Positions 48,335-61,300 of a DNA stretch of 64,000 bases are shown piece after piece (positions within the stretch are counted from its first letter, which is position 1; each line of letters begins with the position of its first letter). The position numbers and the translations under genes were made by a program. Below the pieces are notes generated by a model that ran no database searches, was not told where the DNA came from, and worked only from the letters and a program-made list of their open reading frames with translations. Origin of the DNA: Octopus bimaculoides (lineage: Eukaryota); the NCBI RefSeq assembly GCF_001194135.2, contig NC_068997.1, forward strand, positions 28,059,352-28,123,351, read 5' to 3'.

Positions 48335-49774
48335 GCTGTGACTTGTTTGTTAAACTGTTTCTCAATCTGTCAATCAAATAGAATGGGCGGAGTTTTAGGT
48401 TTTACTAAACACGTTTAACAGAATAACAGAATATAAACAGAAACAGTATTCCGCTCGGTATATCTCTGCGCTGTGTTGTCTTTTTTGTTTGTTTGTTAGT
48501 TAGTTATTTTTGTGTTTATTTTTCTCTGACATTCATGTTAATTGGTTAGCAATTATTATCAGTATTAAAAACAGAAAGACAAGGATTTTGTTTGAAATTG
48601 TTTTTTTTTTAATTATTTCCTTATTTCTTCTTCAGTATCCGTTAGTCACGCGATGCCAAGGATCTACACCTGCAAAAGTCTTGTTTGAGACTGTGCTAGC
48701 AGAAAAAAAAAGTGTCTGGAGAAACTGCTAGTTTCCATTGTATACGATTGCTGGCGTGTCCTCTCCGAGACGAAGTGCTACGGAAGACACGGAATTGTCT
48801 ATGTATTCACTCTCGCCTCTCTCTCTCTCTCTCTCTCTACATCATCGATGATGTATAAGAGAAGGGCCAAATCAGCTTGGCACCAGCGCAATTATTGGAG
48901 TTGTCACAGCTTATGCTTTGCATTCATCCTCGGGGTTTACTCCCCAAACCTTTGCTATGAATGGGTATGACTGGAGAATGGTTGAGGTCTGAAATAATCA
49001 ATTTTCACTCACTTAGATGAACTGCCTTCCGAGATCAACGGGTTTCATCTACGCGCCCCCAATGCCCTGGTTTTACAGCGCCCGGACCGGACCCTCTCCC
49101 ACCTTCCTTCCTTCCATTGTCAGTAAAAACACACAACACGAGACGGACAGAAGTCGGGCTTGGTTGTCAGTCGGTTTTCAGAACATTTTTTTAAAGATAG
49201 CAGGAGCTTGTCTCCACTACTACTCTTTGGCTTGGCAAACCTTGGAAATTCTTGAATTACACAAAACAAGAGAAATGCAAACTCAACAATTTTGGGGGAA
49301 ACAGTAAATATCGATGACAAAATATGTGTCAGCTTCTAATTTAGATATTGACGTCGGATGTTGATTCGTCTTCATCTATAAATATTCATCATGAGACATT
49401 ACAGATTGGTCTAAGGGAAATAAATATGTGTACGTCACCGAGTTTCATTTCCTACATTTAACTTGACCAGTTGTGACAAAAGGGAGAGAAAATAAGCAAG
49501 CAGGTGGACGTTTTCTTTCATGGCAACACACCGATACGACAGCAGCTCCTGTCAATAAACTCTTCAAATCATTTTCTCTTTCGTTCAATAATTTATTCAT
49601 AAAAGACAAAAAGATATACGTAGTAACTCGACAAAATATAGAATTTAAAATAAGAAGCAAAGATATGAAAAATATATTTAGACTCTGCAACACCGATATG
49701 TAAGGCTTGAGTTCAATTTTCTCTCCGGCATTATATTGCTTACAACATGCAAGATAAATCATTGTAAATAATGG

Positions 49775-51470
49775 TTTCGAATTTCGGTACAAAGCCAGCA
49801 ATTTCAAGGGAAGGGTGTCAGTCGATTGCATCAACCCTCAGTGCACATAACTGCTACTTATTTTAATTGACTCAGAAAGGATGAAAGGCAAAGTCAGCCT
49901 CGGCGGAATTTGAACTCAGAACATTAAGAGCCGGAAGAAATGTCGCTAAGCACTTTGTCCGACGTGCTAATGATTCTACCACCTCGCTGCTTTAATTATT
50001 ATTCTTTCTTTTATTTGCGTCAGTCATTTGACTGCGGCCATGCTGGAGTACCGCCTTTAGTCGAACAGATCGACCTCAGGACTTAGTCTTTGTAAGCCTA
50101 GTACTTATTCTATCCGTCTCTTTTGCCGAACCGCTAAGTTACGGGGGATGTAAACACACCAACATCGGTTGGGGGAGGCAAATACACACACATATATATA
50201 CGACAGGCTTCTTTCTAGAAGACACTTGCCCAAGGTGCCACGCAGTGGGACTGAACTTGGAACCATGTGGTTGGGAAGCAAGCTTCTTACCACACAGCCA
50301 CGTCTGCACCTATTAAAAATTATCCTTTCTGAAATTTGGTGGGAGGGGACTTGTCAAGACACCCACCCCAGTGCTTGACTGGTACTTAATTTATCGACCC
50401 CGAAAGGATGAACAACAAAGTCGACTTGGGTGAAATTTGAACTCAGAACGTAAAGACAAAATGCTTAGCGGTATTTTGTCCGACGGGCTAATGATTCTGC
50501 CGACTCGTAGCCAATAACTGTAAATAATAACCAGTAAACTAGTGATAGTCTTCGTAGGCAAAAATTATTTATTGAAGATTGTAAATTTATAATTAGTATG
50601 ACGTGGGAGACGAGAATTTCTATGATTACAGCAAATTCTTTCGTCGGAGATACGTTCTGAGTTCAAATTCTGCTGAGGTCGACTTTGCCTTTCATCCTTT
50701 CGAGGTCGATTAAATAAGTACCAGTTACGCACTGGGGTTGATGTAACTGACTTAGTCCCTTTGTCTGTCCTTGATTGTTCCTTCAATGTTTAGCCCCCTG
50801 TGGGCAATAAAGAAATAAACATGGAATCTAGTCCTTCTTCCTCTGAATTTATCTCATCTGAATTCCAAAAGCTAATCTGATAATGATTTCAATTGCTAAA
50901 AATATCACCACAGTTAGAGTACTGTTTTTCTATTGGATGTTTATTAATTTGAATATAAATTTATGCACATACATTATTCTTTTCTACTCTAGGCACAAGG
51001 CCCGAAATTTTTGGGAAGGGCGGGGGGCAGTCGATTAGATCGACTCCAGTACACAACTGGTACTTAATTTATCAACCGTGAAAGGATGAAAGGCAAAGTC
51101 AACCTTGGCAGAATTTGAACTCAGAATGTAAAGACAGACGAAATACCACTAAGCATTTCGCCCAGCATGCTAACGAGTCTGCCAGCTCGCCACCTAATGC
51201 ACTCACNNNNNNNNNNNNNNNNNNNNNNNNNNNNNNNNNNNNNNNNNNCCAGTACACAACTGGTACTTAATTTATCAACCGTGAAAGGATGAAAGGCAAA
51301 GTCAACCTTGGCAGAATTTGAACTCAGAATGTAAAGACAGACGAAATACCACTAAGCATTTCGCCCAGCATGCTAACGATTCTGCCAGCTTGCCACCTAA
51401 TGCACTCACATTATCAAAGATTGCTGGCCTTGTGCCAAAATTTGAAACCAACGTTAATTTCTGGAATTAG
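49775..51470. mobile_element. Cluster of SINEs (ctggtacttaatttatcgaccccgaaaggatgaaaggcaaagtcgacc family) in mixed orientation
   Basis: At least 5 copies of the same central domain, also seen at 20170, 34620, 34890, 41050 and 42900. Confidence 0.8.
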
Positions 51471-54400
51471 CACAAGGCCATTGATGTTTAGAAATGGATT
51501 GTAGCTAACCAAACTTCAGTATGTGACCGGTCCTTATTGGATCAAAATCAAAGTTATATAAAGCAAGGCTGAAACAAGGTCTCTACAGATTGAAACTTGA
51601 GACAAAAGGGATTTAGTCCAGCCTGCTACTGTTTCTGTCATTTCCCACTTCCCACCTAAGTCACTTCATATAATTTAATTTATTTTAATTTATTCACTGG
51701 CTGTAAATATTATATTTAGAAATTAATGCTTTTAGAGTTGTTTGTTAGCGATTTTTTTTTTTTTTTTTTGCTTAGAATGTCAGTGTAGTTGTTTAACAAA
51801 TTTTCCAACAGTTAATAATTAGTATTAGCATCCAGTTAAGTATCTTGAACTCTGTATGTGTTCTACTGCTGAAAATGTTACCATACCTTTCTGAATTTGG
51901 TATCATGCCAGATGTGGCTTACCAGATCAGTTTCACTGCATAAATACTAAAGAATACATATCAAATTATCTTTCTTTTCACTTCTAAAGCCTACGTAGAA
52001 TGCAACCAGAGTATACTATCTCAGTCTAGATATTTTTGTTTTTGCTTTGAATTATAGTTGTTTCAACACGTGCACAATTCACAGGCAAAAAATGGGCAGT
52101 AATTTCACCAATGTTAATTCTTTCCCAATTGCAATGATCTTTTAGAATAGTGCTTACCTCTGGTTTTTCATACTTCAACCATTTTACTTCAGAAATCAGA
52201 TACATCCACCCAGTTTCTTAATTCTTAACTGCAGTAAACAGTTTTATATACCAATCTATCTCGTGTTAAGAAATATCATGTTTGAAATAACTCTATGCTG
52301 CGATAATGAAAATGAAATCTTTTTCATTTTCATTTGTTTTTCTAAGGTGTAAGTGATGTGAAGCAGTTGAATTCTTTATGCTACTCAATTTAAAGCCATC
52401 ATCTGCTTCTTGGATGCTTTTAATAAAGTCCACTTTATTCCAAATTTTTCAGACCAGATAAATTACCCTTTGAAGCATAAATCTGAAGGGTATTAGCCAC
52501 ATCAATTTTAACGGTTTGTGAGGGCCTGCAATTGTCAGAAGCCCTCCCTCTCCTCTCCTTAATAACTTACTTGACACAAGTGAAGTTCTGCTTATATTAC
52601 ACTCACCATGTGCATTACTTGTCATTAAAAGCATAGCAAGAAGGAGATGAAGGAGGGGACAATGCTGATCCCCATCCCCATTGAAGGGGATCCTAATTTT
52701 CATAAAACATATGTCTATTAAAGTGGAATGTCAATAGTGTTTTTGGCCCTGTACTCTGGGAACCCTTGCTAAACTATACTGCTAGTCAGAGCCAGTGCTA
52801 GGAAGTGTGGGTTCAATTTGAGAATAGTTAGTGGAGGTCTTCTACTCTACAAAAGATTAATGTTTTATGCTTTGTGTAGCACGCCAGACCCAGCCAAAAA
52901 AAAACGTTGAGGGCTTAAGGCTCTCTATCATTAGTCACAATGATATACAAAATATTCATTATGTTCTCCACTCAAGCGTGTGTGCAGGGGTCCAATTTGA
53001 ACGAATTTGTCTAACTGGCTGAAAGTGGGTCTAGCAGTAGCTAGACATAATTTAATTTTAATGTAAGGTATGAGTTATAGTCATCTAATTACATTCATTT
53101 CGGCTCACTAATTACATTTTGCCACTATCAATTTTTTTTTTTTTTTTTGTAATTTAAATGTATTAATTCATAAGAGATTTTTTTTTTTACCCTAAATTTG
53201 CAAAATGCTACCAACAACTGTGAATTGAAACACTAAATGTATCATAAAAAGCAATTAGTAACAGGTGTAAACATATACGGATATCGATAGTAGATACAAA
53301 GTTGACGAGGGCGAAGTCTACTAATTTTACATCATGAAATACAAAGGTCTTTTGCCGTCATTTCAAAGTGGTACCTGAATATTTCATAGCGGAATAATTT
53401 CTTCTTAAATATATCGCCATGTCATCAGAAATATATGATGTAAGTTTTTTAATGGTTTCAGTTTCAATTTTTTACTTAACCATTTACTGTAATTTTAAAA
53501 CATTTTATTATGCTTTTTTTACATCCTTCGCTGTTTATTTTAATCCATGTTGATTAAAACGAATTTTTCAGAATAAACAACATGAACTGGAGCAAATCTT
53601 GCACTCCAAAATTGCCTTTAACGTCAATTCTAAGAGGTTGATGACATTAAACTTGGGCATTTTGTCGAAAGAATGTCTAAACTTTTGATCACAGACTATT
53701 TCGTTTAAAAGAATTTAAGCATATATGTGAGAGAAATCAAAGTGCTTTAAGTTTATTTTCCCTTTTCCTTTAAATTATCAGAATTTCGCTCAAATATAAT
53801 TTCCCATAGTAATAACCTAACTGTGCCGCTACATGTAAAATATACTTTTATATCTTAAGTAACAAACACTGATAAAGGTTATGAACACTTCCTTTTCAAT
53901 TATATCTCTTATAATCAGTAACATTGCTGTTGATTCTAAATATAATACTTTGATTAAATCATTTTTTTTTCTTCGTCTTGCCCTTAATATTAGAAACCAA
54001 CTTAATGTCGAAAAAAATTAATGCAAAATTTACATATTTTCTAATTAAAAATTACAGCAGAGACAAATTGTAAAAGTTATGGCACTAAATGAAATGTTGA
54101 ACTCCACTGAACTTCGCCTTTTTTCCTTCGACAGATAATTTCGTATTTTAACACTTCTTTCTCCCTCAACAAGTTAAAAAGATTTAGTTTAACCACTCCC
54201 GTTTTTTTTGTTTTTTTTTCTAAAACATTCCCCAAAACAAAATATGAAAAGTATTAAAGTGGCCTTTAAACGCCCTAGCTTTTTCCTTCTTTTAAAAAAA
54301 AAAAAAATTGTTAGTTTTTGAAATAACTTTTAAATGTTACACACCCACTTTTTCCCCCCTTAAACATTTACGAAATACATAGAAACCAATTTCTGAAATC

Positions 54401-55049
54401 ACTAACTTTTAAGCAGTTACAAGAAAGATAGAATTAACAACATATTACACTCTCTGGTGATATTGATTCTCGAAGATCAAAATGAGCCAGCGCTCGATCG
54501 ATTAGAAATAGCAGTCAAATCATCTGGAACAACTAGTAAAGATCACATTATTCACCCTGCCCGGCCTGCGAAATATTGTTCACGGACATCTGGGAGAACT
54601 TCTAGCCAGTGCTCAACCACCAGACTCATACGTATAGTATACAGAAAATCAAGATCTTTTTATATTATAGAACTGCAAATCCATGAAATAAAGCAACAAT
54701 TACAAAACACAACTAAGATTTGGAAAACACCAAGTAAAATGACAGCTCATAAATTACTAAAGGAATTCCCTCCCTCGGGCATTGAGAAGTCCTTTTACTG
54801 AAGCGAAAAACGTTATTGTAGAATCCAATTTCCAATTAAACGATTTTACTTCTTCGGTTTATCGCTATGATGAATATCTCTTCACGAAAATCGCCAGTGA
54901 AGAATTCATCCAATTGTTGTTGGTTCAGATTAGTAGATACTTCAGGACATACACTAAGTGCAACGGTTGAAACTTCATAGCTCACCGTCTGTGTAGTGGG
55001 GATCTCAAGAGCTAAAACTAAAATCTGCTACACATACTCAATAGGAAAT

Positions 55050-55680
55050 TGCATGTCTGTGTATGTTAGTTTTCGAAAAGGTGGTTTCTTCGAAAGGTCG
55101 CAACACTAATTCTGGCAAATCGCGGTCTAATTTTTGTGCATTGATCAGACATCAGAGATCAGTAGTTGCCTCATGAAATGACCAACTAAACACAATTGGC
55201 AATGAAAGACAGCTGTAGTATTATTGACTGGATTTAATTCTGCCGTGATAGATATCTAACAGCAGTGAGATATTTCCGTCCAAATCTTGAGAAAATAGGC
55301 AAATCAGGAGTTACAGAAATTGATTCGTCTTTATGTATCACAAACGCCACATTAGAAAAACAAGATGAGGTGCGCCTGAAAGAAAAATGGTTTTCTTATT
55401 CCTGTTGAAAGCAGACGCACGGAATCTCTTATTCCGCTCGTTGAGAAATGGGTTGGTTGGTTGGTCCCAAATTAATCATTTGCTTATACACGTAGATGCA
55501 TTTATAGAACCTTGAAAGAGATATAATTTGATCATGGAGTCGTTTAACAATTCTAGATATTTTGTGAATCGGTTAATTGAAGCGTTTACAAATGGAACGG
55601 AATCCATATGGTCGCATGCAAAAGACAAATTCAACTCTATGAATGGAACAAACCGTGATATCGCGGAGATTTGATGACGA
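55050..55680 (+). mobile_element. Merlin (IS1016/ISXO2-like DDE) transposase relic
   Basis: SFRKGGFFE..., IDWI*FCRD, KIGKSGVTEIDSS, GFLIPVESRRTESLIPLVEKWV, NNSRYFVNRLIEAFTNGTESIWSHAKDKF, all collinear with Merlin motifs. Confidence 0.85.
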
Positions 55681-55886
55681 ATCCTTTTGACAATTTCGGA
55701 ACCAAGTTGCCACTGCAGTTTATCCTTTGTGACATTAAAACTTTTTAGAGCGATCTATTATAGTTTGGTGGTCATGTAATGACAACAAGGTGAAAGTGGG
55801 ATCAATGAAAATGAAAAGAAAATCATAATTGTTTAATGATCTGCAATGACTAAAAGATCGTCAAAGAAAAAATAACTTTTTGGGGA

Positions 55887-56160
55887 TCTTTCTGATTTGA
55901 CGGGCAACACTTTTCATTTATGTTTTATGTAGTGTTTTTGGTACCGAAACACTTTCAAACTTCGTATACTTGTATATTTTGTGTTATAGAACAGATAAAA
56001 AATTTTGTATTCGAACTTTAACATGAAATAACTTGCGATGTACAATTTTTTGTTAAGGAGGCTAAGAGAAAAAGTAGTTTTATATGACACATTCTACCAG
56101 TATCCCAAGTTTGAAAGTGTTTCGGTAAGAAAACAAGTGGTGCCCGTCAAATCAGAAAGA
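55887..56160. mobile_element. Foldback/MITE-like element with two-block inverted repeats
   Basis: tctttctgatttgacgggca(a/c)cact 24/25 inverted match (55887-55911 vs 56136-56160); second block taccgaaacactttcaaactt (55942-55962 vs 56107-56127). Confidence 0.75.
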
Positions 56161-58256
56161 AGGCTTTCTCCTTAAGCAGACAAATAGCCAAAAAAAAAAT
56201 CACCACTAGAATCTGTCAGTGTTAGATATACATTAAAGCTTAATTGGTACTTGTTACTACAAATATACGTGACGCTTTTGGTTGTTCACCATTTTTCGTC
56301 GCTTTTATTGGACTTACGGAAGCGAGAGAGAGAGAGGGAGCAGTATTTGTCAGTTGTACACTGGCTACATAAACAAAAGCACAAAATTGTCTGACCTCTC
56401 TTGACAGAACGCAATCTGAACAAGTTGTTAGCTCCGTCTCTCTCTCTCTATCTCTCAAATTACATGATCTTTCTCACTAGATACTTATGGAAATGACTGA
56501 GAATGCAACTGATTAAAATTTAACGATGCTTTAATAGCTAGTTCGATATTCAAATGTTTCAAATTCAAATACCGTCATCTATTTCGCCTTTTATCGGAAA
56601 TCAGAAAACTAATTAAGATTCAATTGATTGAGCTATTTATTTTATACATTAAAAGCATCTATAAAAAAAAAAAGACAGAAAAGTTCTCTTTTATATTGCC
56701 TATCAGCCTAAGTGGTTAATCAACACGTACTTACTTCTACATATTCGTAAAATTCATATTTGAATGAGGCAGTAATTCATAGAGAGGACAATATCAGTTT
56801 TCTATTACCTCATCCATTAAAACAACGTTCGAGTTAATGTATGTTATTGGGGGTAGTGCTGTGCATATGAATGCGCTCGGAAAGTCATTGGGGTTATTCA
56901 TATTTTCATGAAAAACAAGTTCTTTTGGTTCACATGTCTAGTGTGATCGAGAAATGTTGCTGAAATAAAAGAATGGAAATCAACAAATGTAGTCTGTAAC
57001 CTAATGAAATCGATATACAGCAAATCGATGTCCTGTTCAACTGAAATTTGTTTTGTATTGACACTAGCTGAAATAAGAATAGCAAACAACCTATTCTACT
57101 TATTCCTTGCTCGGAAAGGGGTGCTGTAAAAGAGAGAGAGATGGGGAAGAACCAATGCATGGCAGAGAAACTACTTTCTCATTAGTCCAATCAAATGATG
57201 AGCAACTAAGATTTCACTTGGTAGTATGGGAGCTGCCGCGTTATCCCCGCTTTTGATTGCTTGTAAACATCGAAACAAAATTAATGTTAGAGCTGGTGAG
57301 AAGGAAGACAAACTGGTTGAACATGCCATGCATATGTGCACAAGACACAAGTGAATTTGCATGATGTGTGAACGAAATGCCAGTGAGTCTATCCAATGTG
57401 TGTGCATCTATAAACTTGTAGAAAAGTGATTAAGAAAGGGTTATGATGTTTTAGTATATGTACAAATATGAGTTTGAGTTTCTGGCTACTACGTGTTCTT
57501 TGTTGAAAATTGAGTTAGTTTGTAAAATGAAATAGTTTAATAGAATTCTGTATTGAAAGCGCAGCTGCGAAGTGTGGTGAGTTTTGGTAACAATGTCGAG
57601 GTTACGGTAATTAATTCACGTTGTTCTTCATGTGAGCTCATGATGATAACTGCTAACTGGAGCGACGTAACCGTTGAGCTAGTAAACATTCTGCAAAGCT
57701 GTATCTGGGGATTCTGTAGAAACAGTATCTTGGTTGACACATCATATCTGGTCTGCAAACCATTCTAGTAGATAAATTTAGACCTTAACGACATAGCCTC
57801 TCTCTAATATAAGTTGCTGATAGGTCTGAAAGATGGTTAAAACAGCAAGGTCCTCCGAGTCATCAGGGTGTTATCAGTGAAAAAACAAATTTCTAAGATT
57901 TAATAGGGCTATGTGGTCGAGAATAGAAAATTCACAGCTGTTTGACTTTTTGCTTTAAAATAATTGAAATATCACTTCCGTCAAACTATATCAATTTTTT
58001 TGTCGTTAATTAACCAGCAACTGTCATTCAGTTATTCACATTTTTTTCATCTTTACATTACGTCCAATTTGCTTTCAGATGAAAATAAGTAAATGAATAA
58101 ATAAATGAATGACTAAATAAATAAAAAGAACGAATGAAGTAGTTTTGGTGAAGAAACATGAGTTGGTTTAAACGAATAAGCAAAACCAGAATAATGGAAT
58201 AGAAGCTTATATATTCTGGAATGCTTTGCTTCTGTAAACGAGTATTTCCTGCTGAA

Positions 58257-58268
58257 AAGCGGAAGTTG
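58257..58268 (+). promoter_or_regulatory. ETS-type motif (GCGGAAGT) about 35 nt upstream of the LAMTOR2 ATG
   Basis: aaagcGGAAGTtg resembles the GGAAGT ETS core common at housekeeping promoters; function is inferred. Confidence 0.35.
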
Positions 58269-58300
58269 ACATTCTGTTTATGTTGCAGGCAGACGGCGCA

Positions 58301-58368
58301 ATGCTGAAACCTAAAGTTTTAACCGAAGTTCTCCGTCAAGTGAATACTTCTGGAGTTCAGAGTACTTT
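58301..58368 (+). CDS. LAMTOR2: LAMTOR2 coding exon 1
   Basis: [22 protein letters not shown], donor gtaagt. Confidence 0.95.
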
Positions 58369-61300
58369 GTAAGTATATTTTTGACTAATTAAATAGTTTC
58401 TTTTAAATTATTTATACAAGAAAAATGGTTTTAGCATTTCATGTCCATTTCATGTCGAGTTGTCATTTCTCTTTCCCGACATCGTCACTGATGTCAATTT
58501 CTTATGCTAATGGATTCTTCCTCCGTGTTATTTCAAATAATCCACACACATTTCAACCACCTCTACCGTTTTAATAATTTATTTCCTTATTTTTTATTAT
58601 TCGTAAAATGTTTCTGAGAAGTCATATGCTGAAGATCTATTATTACCAGATATAGTAGCCCTTAAGTTTTTGGTTACAAAACCTGAAGACACCTCGTACA
58701 CGCTTCAAGTGTTAGATTGTTAGGAGGCTTTCCTAGATTTGTCCATTTCTCGCTAATTTAATTACCAAAAAAAAAAAGAAAAGAAAAAAAAAGCAATCTT
58801 TTTCAAGCATTTAAGCACGTGAATGTCCCTTGATGCTTTTTAAGTTTTTATTCGCTAAATTTTTTACAATTGATATTTTAGTTATGAAAAATATTTTTCA
58901 TTCACATTTCCCTGTCTTGAAACTGTGTTTAAGATTTCTCATAATTCCCCGTGTTTTGTAACCAAAACAATTAGATTGTTCGAAATTTAACAATTGCTAA
59001 TTAAATTCTGTATTTTATTTCAACTAGACCTTTTTTTGTCTCAGTGTATATATGGAGTTTGCTACGCAGGAAGATTTGTCGAATGTGTTCTAACTTTTTA
59101 CTTTAACGTTTCCATTCCCGAAAGTCCATTCCAATCCCGTGATTATTTTGATCACTTGGCAGAGGTATAGTTTCAAAGAAACCTATATAAATTGATCATA
59201 TTCTGTTTTCGCCCCGTGTTCCAGGTCATGTGGCGTTTCTGTTCGTTGCTATTTCTGGATTCGGTTGTTATCTTATATTTTAACTGCGAGTAACATATGA
59301 ACGGAACGATGACATAATCTACTCTTCTAATTAGTGAATGGAAAAATATATATCACAAAAGCATTTCTTCGAAAAACACTCATTAATCAGTAGTCGGAGT
59401 GAAAATAATACCAATAAGACCGGTAATTCCATTGTTTGTCGATTTGGGTGTGTGCAGTCATTTGTTCGAATCACTTGAATAATTTCCGCAGTTAAAACAA
59501 AGCATGTACTTGAATTATAAATCTCTGTGAGTCTATGAAAAATTACTACTATTGAAACGACGAATGATCTGGGCATATATATTTAAATGGATTTTATTTT
59601 GGACTAAGAATCGAACAAAAGTAACGTTAAAGCGAACGACGGAGTTTCAACGTGGTAACTCGACCTGCTAGAAATAGCAGCTAAATTTCCGTCAATTCAT
59701 ACTCTAACGTCATAACGGTGGAAAAGGCACGTTATGTATTGTTATCCTAAGATACATTATTCCTGAAAATGAACCGGTGTGTTAGTGTCTAGAAAGATTT
59801 TTAATAATCGGTTTGCTGAATCAGAGCTAACCTCGGGCAACACGACTACTTGTAACTTCTTTATTATAGCCTCTGTTTTTCCCGTCACCTTCCATCAAAG
59901 AATTGAATCCATGTCTAACTCAGCAAGTTCATTTACTCTTTTAAACTCCCAAAACCTAACGAATCCATTTCTTTCATGATTCTGTTATTGAATAATGATC
60001 GGATTTAGTGATTCACTTGTGAAGATTAATAACCAAGAAGGCTTTTAGTTAAAAGTCAACACCTCTCACTTGGAATATTCAGGATTCGGAAAAATAATCC
60101 CTTTGCAGTATAAATACAAATCAAATAGTTTAAAACTATATTGTTAGGTAAAGTCTTCAGTGATTTGATAATGCTAATAGCAAGTTGTACATTGTCACAA
60201 AGCTACAAATATGAGACAGGGGTGGACTAAAGGGGCACATGCCCCACTCAAGAAAAGAAGTGTGCCCTTCTAAATAATGTTGTTTTGCCCTTTTTTCCTG
60301 GAATTGTATTCCCTTCTGACCTTGTGCCTTCCCTTCGAAAAATTCCTGTGATTGCACCTGTGAGAGGAAGGTGTAGGTATGTCAACCAGTCGTAGTACTT
60401 GGCCAGTTCTATTTTATTAAACCCCAAAGAAGTAAAATTCAAATCTGGTAGAGTTTATTTCATACAAAGAACAAAACTTAAGACTGGGGTAACCATGTAT
60501 ATCTCCTCTACAGCAAGACACCTGTTTTTGTGCCCTTGTTATACTTCTTGTTACTTGGCATGAAGCCGTCCTCCTTCAATACTGCTCCTCCTCTTAGTTG
60601 AGGGAGCTTTGTCTTGCAAGATATATGGTGACCTCACCGATGTTGGTACCATGTAAGAAGCACCCAGTCCACTCTGTAAAGTGGCATTAGGAAGAGCATC
60701 CAGCTGTAAAAACCATGCCAAAGCAGACATTGAAGCATAGCTTATCAGCTCCTGTGAAACCATTTGATCTATGCCAGTGTGGAAGACAGACATTAAATGA
60801 TGAGGAGGAGGAGGAGGAGGACGAAGATTTAGTCTGAAGTAATATTTTTGTTAACAGAACAATGACAACATTTAACCCTTCAGCATTCAGATTATTTTGT
60901 CAAATGTAACGTTTAATTATTGACATTGTTTTGAATCAGTAGCTCTGAGATTTCAATGATGTGTTTGCTTATTTTTAGAATGGCATTGTAGGGTAGGCAG
61001 GAAAGATCAGGTCTGGCTTGTTTGAACATAAAGCTAGTAGAATATTTGGGCCGAATTTGGCTGGTTTAAATGCTAACAGATTAAATGTTTTTTGCTTTTT
61101 CTGTTATGATTTAACTCTATGTTTATGTCTTTTCAGTTTTGTTTACTTAAACGTGTCAGATTTCTAACATTGAACTTTGACTTGAAATTTTGTTGCTTTT
61201 CTTACATTAGAACTTGGTTTTCATTTAATATATTACACTGCACAATGAGTGAACTTTATGATGAATTACAACTTTATATGGAACAGGTCAATGAAGTTAT

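Noticed and set aside
51249-51410. Near-exact duplication of 51048-51206
   Set aside because: The copies are separated only by a short N gap; probable assembly artefact.
51880-52450. Possible hAT transposase C-terminal relic (LPVNCARVE-like) on the minus strand
   Set aside because: There is only one weak motif amid many stops, which is insufficient without a profile search.
54457-54970. ORFs of 114 aa (+) and 62 aa (+) upstream of the Merlin relic
   Set aside because: No recognisable domain or splice support; they may be decayed transposon sequence.
57171-57768. Short ORFs between the Merlin relic and LAMTOR2
   Set aside because: No motif, codon or splice evidence for a gene.
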